From: Hydrurus foetidus
Lineage: Eukaryota
Direction of reading: 5' to 3'
Assembly (NCBI GenBank): GCA_900617105.1
Contig: UYFQ01000788.1
Location: 62,001 to 84,447, forward strand
DNA: 22,447 nt
The translations under genes and the position numbers were made by a program. This document shows positions 20,990 through 22,447 of the stretch, one piece after another. Below the pieces are notes generated by a model. The model worked only from the letters and a program-made list of their open reading frames with translations, did not search any database and was not told the origin of the DNA. The first letter of the stretch is position 1. Each line of letters opens with the position of its first letter.

Positions 20990-21123
20990 TTTTAACAATA
21001 GCTGGTCAGTTTGAAAAAACTGATCGAACTGCGGCAACAGAGTGCTTTCGAATCATGGGTATATATTATATTATATATATTATATTATGTATACATGAAT
21101 TTTTTTCCTGGTCCCCATAACTA

Positions 21124-21197
21124 GCGGGATTAGCTCAGTCGGTTAGAGCGTCGGTCTCATAATCCGGAGGTCGTCAGTTCGATCCTGACATTCCGCA
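21124..21197 (+). tRNA. trnM-CAT: Elongator tRNA-Met(CAT)
   Basis: Acceptor GCGGGAT/ATTCCGC, D-arm GCTC..GAGC, anticodon loop CTCATAA with a U31-U39 pair and T-loop TTCGATC. G1-C72 and T54 point to the elongator type. TTTT follows downstream. Confidence 0.95.
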
Positions 21198-21456
21198 GCC
21201 GCTAGTAGAGAAACTTTTGCAAGAGCGGAGGCGCGTTCGACCCAAAAAACACTCACCCCAACTACGGAAAATCTTTTTCATTTTTCAAAGGATACTTGAA
21301 GAAGATATGTTCGTCGATCGGGCTATTGCTACTCCAGTGAGTGCGCAGTTACACATCTGGACAGGAATAGGCCATGGGGAATGTAAAAACGGAAATAGAA
21401 GCAAGACTTACACAGAGTTTTTTTCAGGGGGTTGAGAGATGAACATGAACATACTG

Positions 21457-21709
21457 TGTTATGGAAGTGCTGTACCATGGACCAGAATTTGGCCGAAAAA
21501 TGGGGATTCGGATTTTGCTGATGCCACTCGACTCGATTCTTGATACCTCAGAACGATAACAATTTGTTCTACCCTTGTCGCACGATTGAATAGAGTTCTG
21601 ATTTGAAGCGACTTTGCTTCGCATCTCGGATCGTGTGGATCGGATCGTCCTCGATCCGAACCGGACGTAAGCCTGTGCCCGTACAGCCCGTACGGGTGTT
21701 CGGGTCACA
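21457..21709 (-). repeat. Probable 3' LTR of the Ty3/Gypsy element (TGTGAC...ATAACA)
   Basis: Begins with TG right after the polypurine tract. The distal CA end at ~21455-21457 is inferred, because no second LTR is in the window. Confidence 0.6.
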
Positions 21710-21712
21710 GTG

Positions 21713-21726
21713 CCCCTCTCTCTCTC
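21713..21726 (-). promoter_or_regulatory. Polypurine tract (GAGAGAGAGAGGGG)
   Basis: The purine run lies 3 nt before the TG LTR start and downstream of the integrase. Confidence 0.75.
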
Positions 21727-21899
21727 AAGGGGTGTACTAACGAATAAAATTCATAATCAAAATACTAATTATGAATAACTATCTAACTGTTGAATAACTG
21801 ATTCAGACTAAGAACGGAAAGTTCCTTACTGAATAAACCTCCCGAAAATCCTTGAGGATCAAATTTAGGAGGAATCTTTATGATTTAGTCAATCAAATT

Positions 21900-22447
21900 T
21901 GATTTTACCGGTGAAAGGTAGTTCGCGATGAATTCGCGTGGTATTAAGTGTTTGAGGTTCTTTTTGATTTAGAACTCATGTACTTTTTGCGATTTACGCA
22001 TGTGTGTCCACGGTTCCCATGTATTGTGTTCATGAGTATAGTTGAGCCACTTCACATGAAATGTGAGCGATTTGTATGCTCTTGTGTTTCCTTTCATGTC
22101 TAGGATATCCTCTATGAAGAATTCCAGATAATCTCTACGAGCAATGTCAGTTAGGTCGACATGTGTAGGATCAAAGTGAAACGGTTTTAGTTGGGTCATG
22201 TGGTACAACTTTTCTTTGTGTGTTACCAGATCGAGTAGCTTATACTCTGCGAAGTTATGACTTACAACTCGCATAGGGCCACGCCACTGTGTGCATGCGT
22301 GTTTCTGGTGTTCTTCTTTGTTGCACGAGCACAAAAGTGTCGACTCCAAATGTTGGGAGATTGTTGTGCATTGTGCAAGTCATCGGATTCTTTGAGTAGA
22401 CGTGCAGTGATTTCGATGAGTTCATCTTGCAACGTCAACATTTTATC
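21900..22447 (-). pseudogene. Ty3/Gypsy chromovirus pol 3' end: integrase GPY/F module plus chromodomain (frameshifted); continues beyond the right edge
   Basis: FGVDTFVLV...WRGPMRVV...HMTQLKPF, followed by the chromodomain FFIEDILD...FHVKWLNYTHEHNTWEPW. There are two frameshifts upstream of WRGP and a probable premature TAA at 21969. Confidence 0.88.

Overview
Eukaryotic, intron-rich genomic DNA; a protist such as a stramenopile is my guess and is not shown by the sequence. The first ~4.1 kb is host genes: the 5' three exons of a MYST-family histone acetyltransferase (minus), a small divergent spliced gene with an MG start (plus), and a small protein ending in an ELM2-like motif (minus). The rest is a nested transposon and tRNA island. 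It starts with a foldback element carrying telomere-like CCCTAA repeats and a MITE cluster (one nested in another) around tRNA-Cys(GCA). Next is a decayed tyrosine-recombinase retrotransposon (DIRS order, Ngaro-like RT-RNaseH then YR). Its pol ORF is split by a 4,690-bp hAT transposon with 23-bp TIRs, an 8-bp TSD, a spliced transposase and ankyrin-like cargo. A ~1.6-kb block (MITEs + tRNA-Cys + YR 3' end) occurs as a direct repeat on both sides of the retroelement. The second copy is cut by a 3.1-kb (ACACACT)n satellite. The window ends with a 110-bp hairpin, another MITE, an elongator tRNA-Met and the 3' end (chromodomain integrase, PPT, LTR) of a Ty3/Gypsy chromovirus. All calls were made by eye, with no database searches.
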